Source of the DNA: Tubiluchus corallicola
Lineage: Eukaryota; Animalia; Priapulida
Reading direction: 5' to 3'
NCBI GenBank assembly: GCA_030141605.1
Contig: JAQGDQ010000165.1
Span: 372,001-436,000 of the forward strand
Length of the DNA stretch: 64,000 bases
Shown: positions 61,340 to 64,000 of the stretch, piece by piece
Layout: every line of letters starts with the position of its first letter
Position numbering within the stretch: position 1 is the stretch's first letter
The notes under the pieces: generated by a model
The model's database searches: none
What the model saw: only the letters and a program-made list of their open reading frames with translations
What the model was told of the DNA's origin: nothing
Translations under genes and position numbers: made by a program

Positions 61340-62639
61340 ATCGTTGGAAATGTGTGGAATAATGAAAAATGACTAACACGAGCAAGCGATATATAAACAA
61401 TAACAGAGAAGCATGCTTTGGTTGCAACATTGGCAACAAAGTACCCCACGACAACTTTCCAAGGATAAACAATAATGTTGACGTTTGTGTAACAATACCA
61501 TAGATATGGTTTGTGTAGATCAAAGATCTTGGTGATTGCTTAGGAGTGTTCTGCATCCTAGACTGTCATGCTGTCCTGATCTTTGTTTAAGTTCCTAATT
61601 AGTTTAATAAATACTACTTTATTATGCACGCATTTGTCCAATTGCTGATATAATTCTAGCATGTAACAGTTTGTATCTCATGCAACATTTAGGAATTTAG
61701 AAAATATGTAACTTGCAAATTGCTACAAAAAGCATCGTAGCACGAATAAGTACTAAAAACGGTTTTTTACCTAGAATTGACCTTAGCCTGGTAATTTAGC
61801 TAAATTTAAGCAACATATTTTATCAGTATACATTTAGATAATCTGTTAATTATCATAAGATTGGTTAGTTTTTCTAATATTTTCCAGGTAAAAAGTGACA
61901 TGCTTAGATTTGCATCTGTAAAGTGGCTTCAACTTACTGTGCTTTTAGATCATTCTAATTATCATTAACTTTAAACTTTGCTCATTACTTTTAAGAAACT
62001 TTGCTGGCCATAATTACAAACTTATGAAAGTAAGCAAGTTTATTAGTTTATCACCATTTTTATTATATCATAATACATTACTATCTGATTTATAATTCGG
62101 TATTGTATGCAATAATATTACAAAGTGCAAAAGTAATTATTGATTAGTGGTGAAAGGTGGCGAAAGAACTATGAGTTATTGAGGTCAGCCACCCTTTCAG
62201 AATTGTTACTAATATAATTAATTAATGCCCATGTACCAGGTAATTAAAAATGATCAGATTTTGCATTTAAGACGATTGTTGATTGAATTACGATACAGAA
62301 GTGTTAGTGTCTAATAGAATCATATCATCATACGCCCATCACGTCTATTGTAGACATTGGGCAGGCAGAATTCTAAAATAAAAGAAATCTGCTTTCAGAC
62401 AGGTAAACGCAGCAGTAATCCAGCAAGAAACTAGACACTGCTACGCCAGTGGCTCAAAAGTAGAAGAGACAAACGCGACTATCTTTAAATATTAAGTTAA
62501 ACTTGAATTATTTTATTTATTAAGATTAGGACTTAGCACCAAAGAAAAAATAATAAATTTGTCGCTTGTAACAAGCATTAATTACAAAATTGAGTATGTT
62601 ACAAACTTCTTGTTTTCTTTGATATAGATTTAATTGAAA

Positions 62640-62861
62640 ATGCTGAGCAGTTCAGAAGGTTTCAAATTCGCCATGATGGACAGTATGCCGTGGCTGGACT
62701 TCGCCATTGATCACAGTCCGAGTCCACCGATTGTTTTCCCGCCCTACGGAAGCGATTTTGACAAGTTCTCACACCACGTTCGTTCTGTTCCGAGACGCAT
62801 GAAGAAACCGGCTTCGCCTCAAAACAATGCGATTCCTCCTCCTCAAATAGGTACTTCTTAA
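62640..62861 (+). CDS. Possible coding exon of a downstream unknown gene
   Basis: GC-richer patch after a good acceptor (TTTCTTTGATATAG at about 62627); 73-codon ORF; candidate donors at 62851 and 63007; no recognisable homology. Confidence 0.25.
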   Translation: MLSSSEGFKFAMMDSMPWLDFAIDHSPSPPIVFPPYGSDFDKFSHHVRSVPRRMKKPASPQNNAIPPPQIGTS

Positions 62862-63353
62862 CAGCCTTAAAGCCATTATGGGTTTTACGTGGAAACAGTT
62901 TTCCGTATAACCATAACCAAGCCCTATTGTCTGAAGATATGTAACAACGATCATGGCAAAGCGACTTCAGAACAGGCTTGGCCTATTCAGACCAGGTGAT
63001 GAACAGGTTAGCTTCACGCTACGTTAGGCAACCGAAATATTCATTAGGGTAGCTTGGCGCTAATAATTTTTCTCGAATGTGGTTTTATTTTAATATTAAT
63101 TTAATACAGTTTTAATTGTACTCCAGTGTGATTTTAATTACTGTGGTTTTAACTTACATTCTAATTTGAGGTGATTTTAACTAAGCATTGTGGTTTTTTT
63201 ATTGCATTTTTTAACTAGAATATTTTTAACTAAAGTGGTTTTAGTATGATCTTATAAATCTTGCTACTCACGCTGGGATTATTAAATGATGAATGTTTCT
63301 GGTGTAACGTGAGTCGTGGTTAATTGTACTGTTACAGCAAGGAAATAGTTGGC

Positions 63354-63450
63354 AGCCAAAGTTAAGCAATGTGGAGCCCGGTCAGTAAGCAGATAGGTGA
63401 CTATAAAAACCTGTTGTTGCCGTTTCACCTGCTACACTGACCCTACTACT
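63354..63450 (+). mobile_element. Degenerate 5S-derived fragment with a different body
   Basis: CCAAAGTTAAGCAATGTGGAGCCCGGTCAGTAAGCAGATAGGTGAC resembles the 5S internal control region. Confidence 0.45.
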
Positions 63451-63714
63451 ATTTATTTTCTTAGGGAGGATGGATATTTGCCTGAGCATGTTGAACACGT
63501 GTTGATTTGTTGAACTTTTTGTTTTAAGGGTTATGTGGTCTAGTCGGACCATAAACTTCTATGTTTAGTGGGATGCTGTGCCATTAGATTTTGTGCAACT
63601 GAATAAGGAAAACAAATTATGTATTTATTAAAAAGCCAACTTGTTCACAATAACAATGTTAGTATGTAATATGTCACGCATTATGCTTAATATGAAGCAT
63701 ACATTAAACCGATC

Positions 63715-63870
63715 AGACGGTTTAGTCTAGTGGTAAAGCATCAGCTTTCCGTCTGGGAAGTCGTGAGTTCGTTCCTGCAGCCAGGCAATACCAAAGACTT
63801 TAAAAATGGTACCTGCTGTTGCCCTGCCTGGTACATGGTATTTAGGGTAGAAGTGGGGTAATAATAGTTC
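63715..63870 (+). mobile_element. tRNA-derived SINE
   Basis: A-box TAGTCTAGTGG, B-box GAGTTCGTTCC, core ATACCAAAGACTTTAAAAATGGTACC; related to the minus-strand copy at 47310-47465. Confidence 0.75.
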
Positions 63871-64000
63871 TTTACTGATCTGCTTATTCATTACCTAATT
63901 GGCTTCTGTTAAATACGTAATTAGTGCATATACTCTGCCTATATAAACTGGTTGTAAATTTACCACTGATGATGACAGCAGCAGCCTGTCATGTCATGAT

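Noticed and set aside
63715-63790. tRNA gene
   Set aside because: No proper acceptor stem, and it continues into a SINE core

Overview
AT-rich, repeat-dense eukaryotic DNA, probably from an invertebrate metazoan; the 5S-like sequence and TTAGGG repeats suggest a lophotrochozoan (inference). Two spliced genes lie head-to-head, and I assembled both by hand with GT-AG boundaries and consistent intron phases. VPS9D1 is on the minus strand (14 coding exons, 30967->2247, about 659 aa) and the lariat debranching enzyme DBR1 is on the plus strand (8 coding exons, 38955->57627, about 510 aa). Introns contain minisatellites, MITEs, 5S- and tRNA-derived SINEs, a solo LTR and CR1/L2-type LINEs. Most notable: (1) a near full-length LINE with an SGNH-esterase ORF1, whose ORF2 starts with a 300-aa hydrophobic domain and a 2A-like GIETNPG|P motif before EN-RT; (2) two VPS9D1 splice acceptors amplified into frame-preserving, stop-free tandem arrays (16x18 bp and 18x72 bp), plus a duplicated exon 3; (3) an ankyrin/SOCS-box gene nested in DBR1 intron 1 on the same strand; (4) a solo LTR rich in heat-shock elements; (5) a TTAGGG tract bounded by 20-bp inverted repeats inside DBR1; (6) Penelope-like hammerhead remnants. 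All homology calls come from recalled motifs; no searches were run.
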